The notes: generated from the letters alone by a model not told the origin. A stretch of 64,000 nt of DNA from Auanema rhodensis (GCA_964057225.1 OZ059894.1:5890001-5954000); one strand, 5' to 3'. Numbered from the stretch's first letter, positions 26,781 to 37,496 are shown. Made by a program: numbers and translations.

Positions 26781-28476
26781 ATGTGGAAACCACTTTCATC
26801 TCTTTATAGACCAGAAGAATATTTTCACAGTACTTATTACCCATTTGTTCCCATTGAAAAAGATGAGCATATCAAGTTAAAAGATGCATCGAAACGGGTA
26901 ATAAAAGAATATTTTGATTGGAAAGGCCTTCTTTCAGCAGCAGAATTAGCAAAAATAGGTTAAAAAATAGAAATATCTGAGAATATATTTTGAATTTAAA
27001 GGTGATTTGGTGGACAAAGAGAACAAGCGAGTATTTTTTTATCATTACTTTAACTACCGAGTTTATAGTTTTCCAAGGTAATATCAGTATTTACCACAAA
27101 AGCTCAAGTTCATTTTCAGAAATGTTGCACTACATGTAAGATGTAAATGCGATGATACAGGGTCCTATCTCAAGTTAGGGTTTATGGATTGTCTTATAGT
27201 TATTATATCTGGAGATGATGTATCCATGGGAATATATCTTGAGTAACATAATATTTATAATTTTTGTTTTGATAAAAATGTTTAAGTGACGAATTAGTTG
27301 CACATAAGTGTATGAGCTACTATATAACTAGACGAGGAGGACATGTACAGTCACATCATGATAAAAAAAGTGGATGCTCTCCTGGAAGTTCTGGAGCAAT
27401 CTTGAGAAGGTATCATATTGTTATTTTTATAACTAGAACAATTTTCCGATTTTTCCAGACATAATGAACAAAAATTACAATCAGAAATACAAAAATATAT
27501 TAAACTTTGGAAAGAACATCTTGATAAAATTTCTGTTGTTTATTTCCAAGGAGAATCTGATATGAAGAACTTGTTCAAGCAAATGTTGGGAAGAATGCAT
27601 ATTCCTATTGAGTAGAAACTCTTAATGAACTGCTTGTCATATTTAACATTCATTTTAGGAAAATAGGATTCGACGCTGGAAAACCATCTCTTAACTCTGT
27701 TAAGAAAACATATCAGGATTTACAAAGCCCATTATGCCATGGCACTCTAGGCCAGTTCCTTGATGATATCATTCAAATGGACATTCATCGAGATTGTTTT
27801 CCTCGAAAGGTAAGAAATTAAAGTTTGTTGATGAAATATATGATGATGTTTATAGGTTGAAACTCCATGTTCATTCATTTCATCAATAAAATCAGAAAGA
27901 AGATTAGAAAAACAGAAATATCCATCATTACATCCAGAATTAAAAGAAAATCTTCATGATTCAATAGCTCAAAATGATTATGAAGCTTTAATGGATTTAT
28001 ATGAAAATCATAATGTGAAACAAGAGGTAAATTAATGATTTTGAATTCAAAAAACTATTTTTTTCTAGTTTATCGATTATCTATCCGAAGTTCATCCAAA
28101 GTTAGGTTCTCAAACTTTTTTACATTATGCTGTAAAGAATAATTTGGATGAAACAACCAAAGCTTTACTTGAAATTGGATCTGATCCAAGAGTTAAAGAT
28201 AGAGAAGGAAAAGTTCCTTATGCTTATGCTGATTCTGAAATGTGTGAAATCTTTATGAACTTCCGACTAGAAAATCCATCTCGTTATAACTGGACAAAGT
28301 AAGAATTCATGTTAAGGTATTTCATTCTTATTTTTAATTTCAGATGTCACATTCCTGCTCCAATGATAATAGAAGAAGTTCATAGGAAAAAGTTGGTAGA
28401 GGATCTTGATGCTCACCGAAGAAAACGGAAGGAACATCGAAAAATGAAGAAAGAATCCAGAAAGATTTCTGATTAA
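26781..28476 (+). CDS. Vms1/ANKZF1-like protein, copy 1 (VLRF1 domain + ankyrin module; catalytic-type Gln retained)
   Basis: Nine exons in phase: ...DCLIVIISGDDVSMGIYLD/DELVAHKCMSYYITRRGGHVQSHHDKKSGCSPGSSGAILRR/HNEQKLQSEIQKYIKLWKEHL...GFDAGKPS... (VLRF1), then TFLHYAVKNN..LLEIGSDPRVKDREGKVPY..FMNFRLENPSRYNWTKCHIPAP (ANKZF1-type ankyrin and downstream segment) and a basic tail. Confidence 0.88.
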
Positions 28477-28742
28477 ACTTGTAAATACAACTTATTTGTA
28501 TTAATAAATTATTATTTCTTCAAATCTCTGTTCATGCAACCGCTCCTGATGTCAAATATTTCAAGAAATGAATTATAAATTACGTCAAAGTTTACGTCAA
28601 AAGTCACGTCAAAAGTCACGTCAAAATTTACGTCAAAATTTTACTTTCCTTCAATGAACATTGATTCATGGCTAAACCATCATTATAAATAGTAATAGCT
28701 AGGATTTTATTCAATTTATTCAAACAAATCAAATATATATTG
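27822..28742 (+). repeat. Shared 3' cassette, copy 1 (ankyrin exons, 2 introns, 3' UTR and flank)
   Basis: By eye it is identical to 30560-31261 and 33336-34037 over ~700 bp (offsets 2738 and 5514). It stays near-identical to copy 2 until ~28742/31468. Confidence 0.95.
28535..28635 (+). repeat. CAACCG...ATGAATTAT element with an ACGTCAAA 12-bp minisatellite (also 31273-31362 and 34049-34149)
   Basis: CAACCG at 28537; ACGT from 28582 repeating every 12 bp (5, 4 and 5 units in the three copies). Confidence 0.75.
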
Positions 28743-29391
28743 TAAAATATTGAGTTAAAGATTTCTGGATAAAATATTTTGTTCTTTGTTGTTGATGCGA
28801 TTCAAAAAAAAATTGAAACCGTTATTACCGAACGAAATCGCTATGCTTTTTATAGTTGGATTTTCCTAGCTACCTTGACTACTCCATTTGGAAAAGAAAG
28901 AAAAATAAATTGCAAGTGGTCAGTCATTAAGGACTGCAGATTGTCTGTTGTCGCGTGCATTCCTCACTCTGTACATACGATATAGCATTGACATGTTGTG
29001 CAATATTACATAGAATTGCAGCATAGACATGTATATGAAGAACCGAGTATAATAGAAAAATGAAGAATGGGATTCCTTCTCACATCATTTATTTTTCATT
29101 TAGAGATTTTTATTTTTATTTTTTTTAGTTTTATATTTAAATTTGTTTTCATACAAGTATAATTATTATGTTAATGTTTGGATCTTAGAAGACAAACTGA
29201 AATAGGATAATAATACAACTAAAAACATCAGAATTTTCTATGAGATATCGAAACATGAAAATAAGATATGTATTTGTATATTATTGCTCATCTGCTTCCT
29301 ATTTAACTACATGTATATTTGCTTCATTACAATTTTTTTCAGAAGCTCATTTATATATTAACGGGTTTTCTATTATACATTTATAATAATA

Positions 29392-31214
29392 ATGTCGTCA
29401 ACATTTAAAGCTAAGGTACTAATGTTTGTTTATTAATCTATTTTATTCGTATTTTTTACAGACATATGTTCCCATAAAAGAAATAGTAAATTATTCATAT
29501 CTTGATCCCACTGATCCAGACAGCAATCAACGAATAATCACGGATTATGTTAGAAAATGGGATATTCCCAAATGGTTCATAGATAATAAGCTAATTGAAG
29601 TAATATGTAAGTAATCGTAAACTAAATTATACAATGTATATAATGGAAAAATATTGATAATTTCTTTTTTTCCATTAGAATATTTAAAATATTGTCAAAT
29701 ATGTCATGACAAGTTGATAATATTATCATTTTAGGTAAATCTTTGGAAGAAGTAGATGAATTGTCTCTATTCATAAACTGTTATCACAAAACCTTATTTA
29801 CAATTCCTAAGTAAGAATATTCATTATAGACAATATTCTAAATAAAAATACATTTTTTCAGATCAGTTTACAGATATTTGCAACCGACAATACCTGATTG
29901 TAATTGGAGCCACACAGAATCTATTGACTGTTTAATAGTGTTAGTATCAGAATATGATATAGCAATGGGAATATTTAATAAGTTAGTTTTCTTTTTATAT
30001 TTTATTCAAATATTGAAAATTAATTTGAGATATTGTATTAATTTTAGACAAGAAATGATTGAGCACAAATGTATTAACATCTATTCTAAAACTGGTGGAA
30101 AAGGTGCTATAAATACGAATAATTTTCAGTTAACTCAAAAAAAGTTAGAAAGGTACTGTATATAATTTTGGATATTCATTAAAGATATTTTAATAATTTT
30201 AGAGAAATTGAAAGAAAAATAGAATCAGAATTCAAACGCTATTTATATATTTGGAAAAATCTTCTTACAAAAATTGATGTTGTATTTTACAAAGGCTTAC
30301 AAAGTCACAAAAATAGTTTGAGGAATATAATACCAAGTCATATCCCAATTGAGTGAGTTATATCATTTTTAATTCTGAGATATCAGTTCATTTTTTTAGA
30401 AATATTACTTTTAATGCTGGTAAACCAAGCTTTTTAACTTTGAAAGATACCTATGATCGCTTACTTAGTGCATTCTGTATTGGAACGTTTAGCCAATACA
30501 TAAATGAACTATTGGAGAGTGAGCTTCCGAATGGAAAACTTAAAAATGTATGATACATGAGTTTGTTGATGAAATATATGATGATGTTTATAGGTTGAAA
30601 CTCCATGTTCATTCATTTCATCAATAAAATCAGAAAGAAGATTAGAAAAACAGAAATATCCATCATTACATCCAGAATTAAAAGAAAATCTTCATGATTC
30701 AATAGCTCAAAATGATTATGAAGCTTTAATGGATTTATATGAAAATCATAATGTGAAACAAGAGGTAAATTAATGATTTTGAATTCAAAAAACTATTTTT
30801 TTCTAGTTTATCGATTATCTATCCGAAGTTCATCCAAAGTTAGGTTCTCAAACTTTTTTACATTATGCTGTAAAGAATAATTTGGATGAAACAACCAAAG
30901 CTTTACTTGAAATTGGATCTGATCCAAGAGTTAAAGATAGAGAAGGAAAAGTTCCTTATGCTTATGCTGATTCTGAAATGTGTGAAATCTTTATGAACTT
31001 CCGACTAGAAAATCCATCTCGTTATAACTGGACAAAGTAAGAATTCATGTTAAGGTATTTCATTCTTATTTTTAATTTCAGATGTCACATTCCTGCTCCA
31101 ATGATAATAGAAGAAGTTCATAGGAAAAAGTTGGTAGAGGATCTTGATGCTCACCGAAGAAAACGGAAGGAACATCGAAAAATGAAGAAAGAATCCAGAA
31201 AGATTTCTGATTAA
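29392..31214 (+). CDS. Vms1/ANKZF1-like protein, copy 2 (degenerate catalytic loop; probable pseudo-enzyme, ORF intact)
   Basis: Ten exons in phase: MSSTFKAK/TYVPIKE.../...FTIPK/...DCLIVLVSEYDIAMGIFNK/QEMIEHKCINIYSKTGGKGAINTNNFQLTQKKLER/EIERK..IWKNLL../NITFNAGKPS...KLKN/ followed by the identical ankyrin exons. Confidence 0.82.
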
Positions 31215-31468
31215 ACTTGTAAATACAACTTATTTGTATTAATAAATTATTATTTCTTCAACTTTCTGTTCATGCAACCGCTCCTGATGTCAAATATTTC
31301 AAGAAATGAATTATAAATTACGTCAAAGTTTACGTCAAAGTTTACGTCAAAAGTCACGTCAAAATTTTACTTTCCTTCAATGAACATTGATTCATGGCTA
31401 AACCATCATTATAAACAGTAATTGCTAGGATTTCATTCAATTTATTCAAACAAATCAAATATATATTG
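30560..31468 (+). repeat. Shared 3' cassette, copy 2
   Basis: Direct repeat of 27822-28742. Differences appear only in the 3' flank: a few SNPs and 4 rather than 5 ACGT units. Confidence 0.95.
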
Positions 31469-31850
31469 ATTTAATTTCGATAATTTGTAGAAAATAGTAT
31501 CAATCAAGAATAAATTATTGTACATCATTTGTTAAAATGACAACTACTGATTGATATCAGAAGATGTTTCATAATTTCCTTTCGGTGGTTTCTACTGCGA
31601 ACGTTTCTATTATGATTCATCAATAGAGAACCCATGTTTGCCTAGTTTTTCACCATGACATCATGCGATTGTGCAATCTTGCATTGGTATTTAGCCATAG
31701 CAAGGGGAGTATATATAGGATTTTGAAAATGAATGAATTAACTAACAATACAAATGAAAGTAATCTTTTCTTTTCTATATGAATTATATTTTTCTTTTTT
31801 GTTTATATTAATTATATAATATTATAAACTTTTTCAGTTATCTGTATATA

Positions 31851-33990
31851 ATGTCGATAATAAAATCATCCATCAGCAATCCGGTAATAATTAATTTTTA
31901 AAACTTATTCCTAATATATACATTAATGGTTTTAATAACTTCCTTACTTTTAGAAGCACGAACGCTTTAATAGCGATATATTTGATCATTGCTTGCTTCT
32001 TGGGCCTGAAGAATCTTGTAGATATCTCGGCAATTATACAATTTTAAGAACATACAAGAAAAAGTTCGATTTCTTGAAACCAGAGATATTATTTCAATCT
32101 GGTAAGTACATAAAATTATATATATATATATATATATTATGATTAGTGATTTGAAGTATAGTTTATATCAAACAATTATTTTAGGAAAAAAGGATAATTA
32201 TGGTAATGAAGTAGAATTTCTTTATAATAATGCAGATCAAAATATGTATAGTATTCCTAAGTAAGTATTCAATATTATAAAAAAAAAGAGAAATGATCAA
32301 GTTTAATATAAAAATTTTTTTAGAGCAATTCTCTCTCACACAATTCGAGACTATTCTATTAAAGACCCCTCAGAACCTAATGTTTTCATCGATTGTTTAT
32401 TATTTATGATATCAGGAAATCATGTAGCTATGGGATGTTATATTCAGTAAGTTAATTACATAGTAAAAACTAATTTTTTAAAATTGCTTTTAGTGTTAAA
32501 AAGTATTTCAAAAATGTTTTTAAGCAATATAAAGTTTCAAAAAGTTAAATTATAAACAAAATATCAGCAATTGTTGTGAAAATAATTGATATATCTCCAA
32601 AATTTCTGCATATTTAAATAGTTTCTTTTCTATCAATCATCATAATTAATATAATGTTTTCTCAAATGCATGTAATTCTGTTCTGTTTCATTGAATTTCA
32701 AATCCTAATTAGCCTTTCACCAAGTTTTTATGTGCCATATGAAGAAAAAAATACGAGAAAGAAATAGCAAACTTCGAATTGAATTTACGATATCATGCTA
32801 TTTATATATAATTTCAGTGGAAAATTAGTTGCACATAAATGCCTTAACATCTATGTAGTTCGAGGTGGTGGTAAAACACAATCACGTCATGAAAGCCGAA
32901 GTGGAACATGTGGTAGTGCAGGTTCTAACTTGAGACGGTAAGCTAAGTTTAGACTTACAAGTTTAAATTTTGCTTCAGGCATAATGAGCAATTTATGAAA
33001 TCCGAAGTCAAAAAATATCTGGAATCTTGGAAAAATTATCTCGAAAGTGTTACTGTAATTTACTATCAGGGATCAGTTGAGAACAAAAGCTTGCTACGTC
33101 AAACTCTTGACAAGTACAATTTGCCTATTGAGTGAGTTGAAATAACAAGATTCATAGAAAACCATAATATTGCTTTAGGAAATTTTCGTTTGATGCTGGA
33201 AAGCCTGGTTATACATCACTGAAAGAAGCTTACAACCGTTTACTCGTTCCTAATTCTCATGGAAAAATAGAAAATTATCTCCAAGATGTTCTTGATGATA
33301 AAATATTCCTAAAGAAATATAAGGTAAAAAATTAAAGTTTGTTGATGAAATATATGATGATGTTTATAGGTTGAAACTCCATGTTCATTCATTTCATCAA
33401 TAAAATCAGAAAGAAGATTAGAAAAACAGAAATATCCATCATTACATCCAGAATTAAAAGAAAATCTTCATGATTCAATAGCTCAAAATGATTATGAAGC
33501 TTTAATGGATTTATATGAAAATCATAATGTGAAACAAGAGGTAAATTAATGATTTTGAATTCAAAAAACTATTTTTTTCTAGTTTATCGATTATCTATCC
33601 GAAGTTCATCCAAAGTTAGGTTCTCAAACTTTTTTACATTATGCTGTAAAGAATAATTTGGATGAAACAACCAAAGCTTTACTTGAAATTGGATCTGATC
33701 CAAGAGTTAAAGATAGAGAAGGAAAAGTTCCTTATGCTTATGCTGATTCTGAAATGTGTGAAATCTTTATGAACTTCCGACTAGAAAATCCATCTCGTTA
33801 TAACTGGACAAAGTAAGAATTCATGTTAAGGTATTTCATTCTTATTTTTAATTTCAGATGTCACATTCCTGCTCCAATGATAATAGAAGAAGTTCATAGG
33901 AAAAAGTTGGTAGAGGATCTTGATGCTCACCGAAGAAAACGGAAGGAACATCGAAAAATGAAGAAAGAATCCAGAAAGATTTCTGATTAA
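31851..33990 (+). CDS. Vms1/ANKZF1-like protein, copy 3 (best-conserved VLRF1 loop)
   Basis: Ten exons in phase: MSIIKSSISNP/.../...MYSIPK/...DCLLFMISGNHVAMGCYIH/GKLVAHKCLNIYVVRGGGKTQSRHESRSGTCGSAGSNLRR/HNEQFMKSEVKKYLESWKNYL../KFSFDAGKPG.. followed by the identical ankyrin exons. SAGSNLRRHNE matches the VLRF1 SAGxxLRRYNE signature. Confidence 0.88.
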
Positions 33991-34149
33991 ACTTGTAAAT
34001 ACAACTTATTTGTATTAATAAATTATTATTTCTTCAAATCTCTGTTCATGCAACCGCTCCTGATGTCAAATATTTCAAGAAATGAATTATAAATTACGTC
34101 AAAGTTTACGTCAAAATTTACGTCAAAAGTCACGTCAAAAGTCACGTCA
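33336..34149 (+). repeat. Shared 3' cassette, copy 3
   Basis: Direct repeat of copy 1. Similarity ends at the end of the ACGTCAAA minisatellite. Confidence 0.95.
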
Positions 34150-36383
34150 TAAATCTAAAAAATTACTTTTTTTATATATATTTTTTGAATAGTATAATAT
34201 GAACCTTCTCCCCACTATATTTATAGAATTTATATTTCAATTTTAGACCTAATGAGTAATCTAAACAACCGATGGAAATACATGTTCATCTATGATTATG
34301 TAGAACCAAGGACTAAAGATTATTTAAAGGATAAATGTATTTGCTGTACTGAGTAATTATTTTATAAGCAATTATTTACTATATAGACCAGTAATGCTAG
34401 GAGAAAACCCAAATAGCAACAAGTTAACTGGCTGTTATTTCGTATTACTTGCCATTTTAATACTTTTCTTTCATTCAAAATATGTTTTGTGTGGTAAGAA
34501 CCATTCAGAAAACAAACGGAAGAGAGAGAGAGAGAGGGAGAGAGAGAATATGGGTTCAATGAAAAGTCAGAGCATTAGTTAAGACAAGAGCTGGCTTGTG
34601 CTTGTGGATGCGATAGATTTTTTGTCTATATATTCATCTTCCAACGCCATTGTTCGGAAGACCATTGAGCGTATGTTTATCGAAAAACCAAAAGAAGCTC
34701 CCAAAAATCCTTAAATTGCAGATAGATGTCAATTTTTCTCTTTTTTTTTGTTACTTCATGACTTCAAATGCTAAACCACTTTTAATGCTTGATTTCGAAA
34801 TTTAGATGAAATTGTGACAGCAGAAGATGAAAAGTATTATCTTGAAAGATCGTGCTTTCAAGAGAGAAATTATACTTTAGTATATATGAGATAAAAAATC
34901 GATTTAAAGAGTAACATACAAACTTGAAACAAAGAAAACATTTAATGAGTGAATAGCAATCAAAGCGTAAATGAAGAGAAGTTTCACAAAATAAGATATG
35001 GAAAGCTGTTTGAAAGAAATTATTCAAAAGTAAATGGATGAGAAAAATTTTTTAAGTTATTGGGAAGGTTACATATAGAACGGATGAATTATATTGGGGT
35101 TGGTACTGCACACTCCAACAAACAAGTGGATTTGAAAAACACCAGTGGTTCGGATTATCATAACACATTCAGAAAATGAACCAGAACATCAATAACTGGT
35201 TCGTAATTTTCCTCATTTAATACATAAAGTAATGTATTTTATAATATTTATTTAAAATTAATGTATTGATAAATTAATGTATTAAATTATAGATATTGTT
35301 TTTTTCTTTCAGAAAAGTAAGCAATAAAAATAATGAATGAGTTCATTTTTATTTCAATTTATTATATAAGTAGATAAAAACTATTTAGTTTTAAAAATAT
35401 GAATACTTTCCCAAATAAGAGTTGCGTTTAGAGGGTTAAGCACATTATTTGTGTGGGCAATTTTCTCATAAAAATATTTATAATAGAAAAAATAAATTAT
35501 GTATAATGTTTTCAAGAAAATTTAGCAAAAATGAAGACAATCAAAGAGCCAAAAGACAAAAAATTACGTAGTAGGAGTTCCAGAAAAATGCGGTGAAAAC
35601 GAATTTCGGCTTGACTTTTCAGTTTTTTCCGTTTTTGAAGACAAGATCGAAATATAAATTAACTGCTTGACATGGGCTACTGGACGGTTGAATTTGTTGC
35701 TCGTGAAAACACAGCAAAATATGGAAGTCATCGGAATTCAAATTACACAACTAAATTGGCAGAAAATTTGGATGAATTAATAGTCCAAGACGAGAAAAAA
35801 AATTAGACTTGCATAGCAGTTGTTCAAATGTTGAACTGATTTAAGCTGGTGGCCAAGTGAGCAACGGAATTCTGCCCCCATGGGCTCCGTTTTACACAAT
35901 TAAAACACAGAGGACAGAGAAGCAGAGAATAAGAGATGGAAGATTTTCAAAACGAGTTGCCTAAACGATGAAGAAGAGTATATTGCTAAAAGGGGTGTTG
36001 GGAGAGAAACAATAGAAGAAGAAAACATAAATATTTTCAAACATTCTGAATCGGTACTATACTTAAAGAGTGTTTAACAAAGAATGAGAAAGAATGAGCT
36101 GTATTTTTGTTTCATGATTATAAGATGACTAGAGATGTTGGAAATATCATTTGAAACAAAATCGAAAAGAGAGGAAGAAACACATAACATTTGGATTTAA
36201 CTATGACTCTTGGGAATAAACATATAACGTTAATAGAAGATAAAAAAGAAGATGTTGTATTTAGAAAGATTTAAAACAAAAAAGATTGAAGTTGGTAGTA
36301 ATAGTATATACAAAGAAAAAGAAAAGTATAGAAAATTCTTCAACTTTGAGCTTTCCTTCCCTTTTCAGCATTGTAAAATAAAT

Positions 36384-36835
36384 TCATTTAGGAAGGTCAA
36401 CGATACCTGTTGTACACTCTTGAAATATTGTTGGATGAAAGAATGTTGGTACCCATCCAAGATTTTCATAAAGCTCACTTGAAAGTTCATTTTTCGAAGC
36501 TTCCTGAAGTTTGAAGAACACTTTATATCAAAAATTTTTAATTAAAACCATTTCTTTCTTTTTTTTTGGTTCTTTTCTATTGTCAGACCATAAAATTGGC
36601 CTAGAAATAGATAATACAGAAGATTATTAAAACATTTTCTTACCATAAATGATTTATTTTTGGATTTTTGAACGTTGTCATGGGTTCTTTCTTGACATAT
36701 CCTTCTGATATATTCTGTGTCTACAGAAAGTCATAGTTAAGAAATTACTTAAAAGAAGTAGCTTTCAAAGCTCACCGTCTTGCGAAAATGTTGCTGATTA
36801 TTCAAAAAAGAAGATATTTTGACATAATTACTCAT
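36384..36835 (-). CDS. Probable small uncharacterised protein (~100 aa), 4 exons; termini uncertain
   Basis: Exons 36835-36776, 36720-36644, 36600-36549 and 36503-36384 are separated by GT-AG introns of 55, 43 and 45 nt that all keep frame: MSNYVKISSFLNNQQHFRKT/TQNISEGYVKKEPMTTFKNPKINHLW/PILWSDNRKEPKKKKEM/EASKNELSSELYENLGWVPTFF... Confidence 0.55.
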
Positions 36836-37113
36836 GTCTTCTGGTGGAAAATAGAAATATTAGATGTTCACAGCGAAATGACGACTAGGGAATTTATGCC
36901 GCCTAGAACGGGGACGATGAAAAAAAAGATTACATTTTCATTCACAGCATGCTAGCTTTTTCGCATATCACGTAGTCATTATTCAATAAAATCGTTTCAA
37001 ATTCAAATGATGTTTTACTTAAATTTCATTCGAATCAATCTGAAAACTTTACAATACAATTTGAACATTAAAACTAGTTAGTATTGTACCAAGTTTATAA
37101 CATTGGTAATTGT

Positions 37114-37195
37114 GATCAGGTGGCCGAGTGGTTAAGGCGATGGACTGCTAATCCATTGGGGTTTCCCCGCGTGAGTTCGAATCTCATCCTGATCG
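37114..37195 (+). tRNA. trnS-GCT: tRNA-Ser (anticodon GCT)
   Basis: Acceptor stem GATCAGG/CCTGATC, A box TGGCCGAGTGG, anticodon arm ATGGA-CTGCTAA-TCCAT, long variable arm GGGG-TTT-CCCC, T loop GTTCGAATC, and a downstream oligo-T Pol III terminator. Confidence 0.97.
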
Positions 37196-37496
37196 AAATT
37201 TTTTGCCTTTTCATTTTTAGATGTTCATGAAGTAATTCAATCATCGATGTCATTTAAGGGTCAAATATTTAAAAAAAAGATGAATGTGTAGATAAAACGG
37301 TTTGTATAAATATACTAAAAAGATAAAATTTATAATAGAATCTATGTCCCACCGGGGGAACTAACCAGATCTCTTATATAATACAAACAGTAAAACAATA
37401 AAACAACGAAACGCGATATGAGCAAGGAATGAAAGATTTAGATTCCACAAAGGGTTAATTATGTATAGAAAAGACTAGTCCTGCTTCTAATACATT

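Noticed and set aside
28582-28635. ACGTCAAA repeats as a CRISPR-like array
   Set aside because: They are a 12-bp tandem minisatellite without unique spacers, in eukaryotic DNA.
32680-32690. CTGTTTCA (piRNA Ruby-like core; also ~39996)
   Set aside because: These isolated occurrences are compatible with chance. There is no cluster, and small-RNA data would be needed.
27822-34149. The triplicated cassette as a pure assembly artefact
   Set aside because: Each copy joins its own 5' module through a valid in-phase intron, and the 3' flanks differ by SNPs and minisatellite unit number. It is not fully excluded without raw reads.
37114-37195. Functional link between tRNA-Ser and the nearby tRNA-nuclease-like cluster
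   Set aside because: The tRNA looks canonical and tRNA genes are widely dispersed in nematode genomes, so 3 kb proximity is not evidence.
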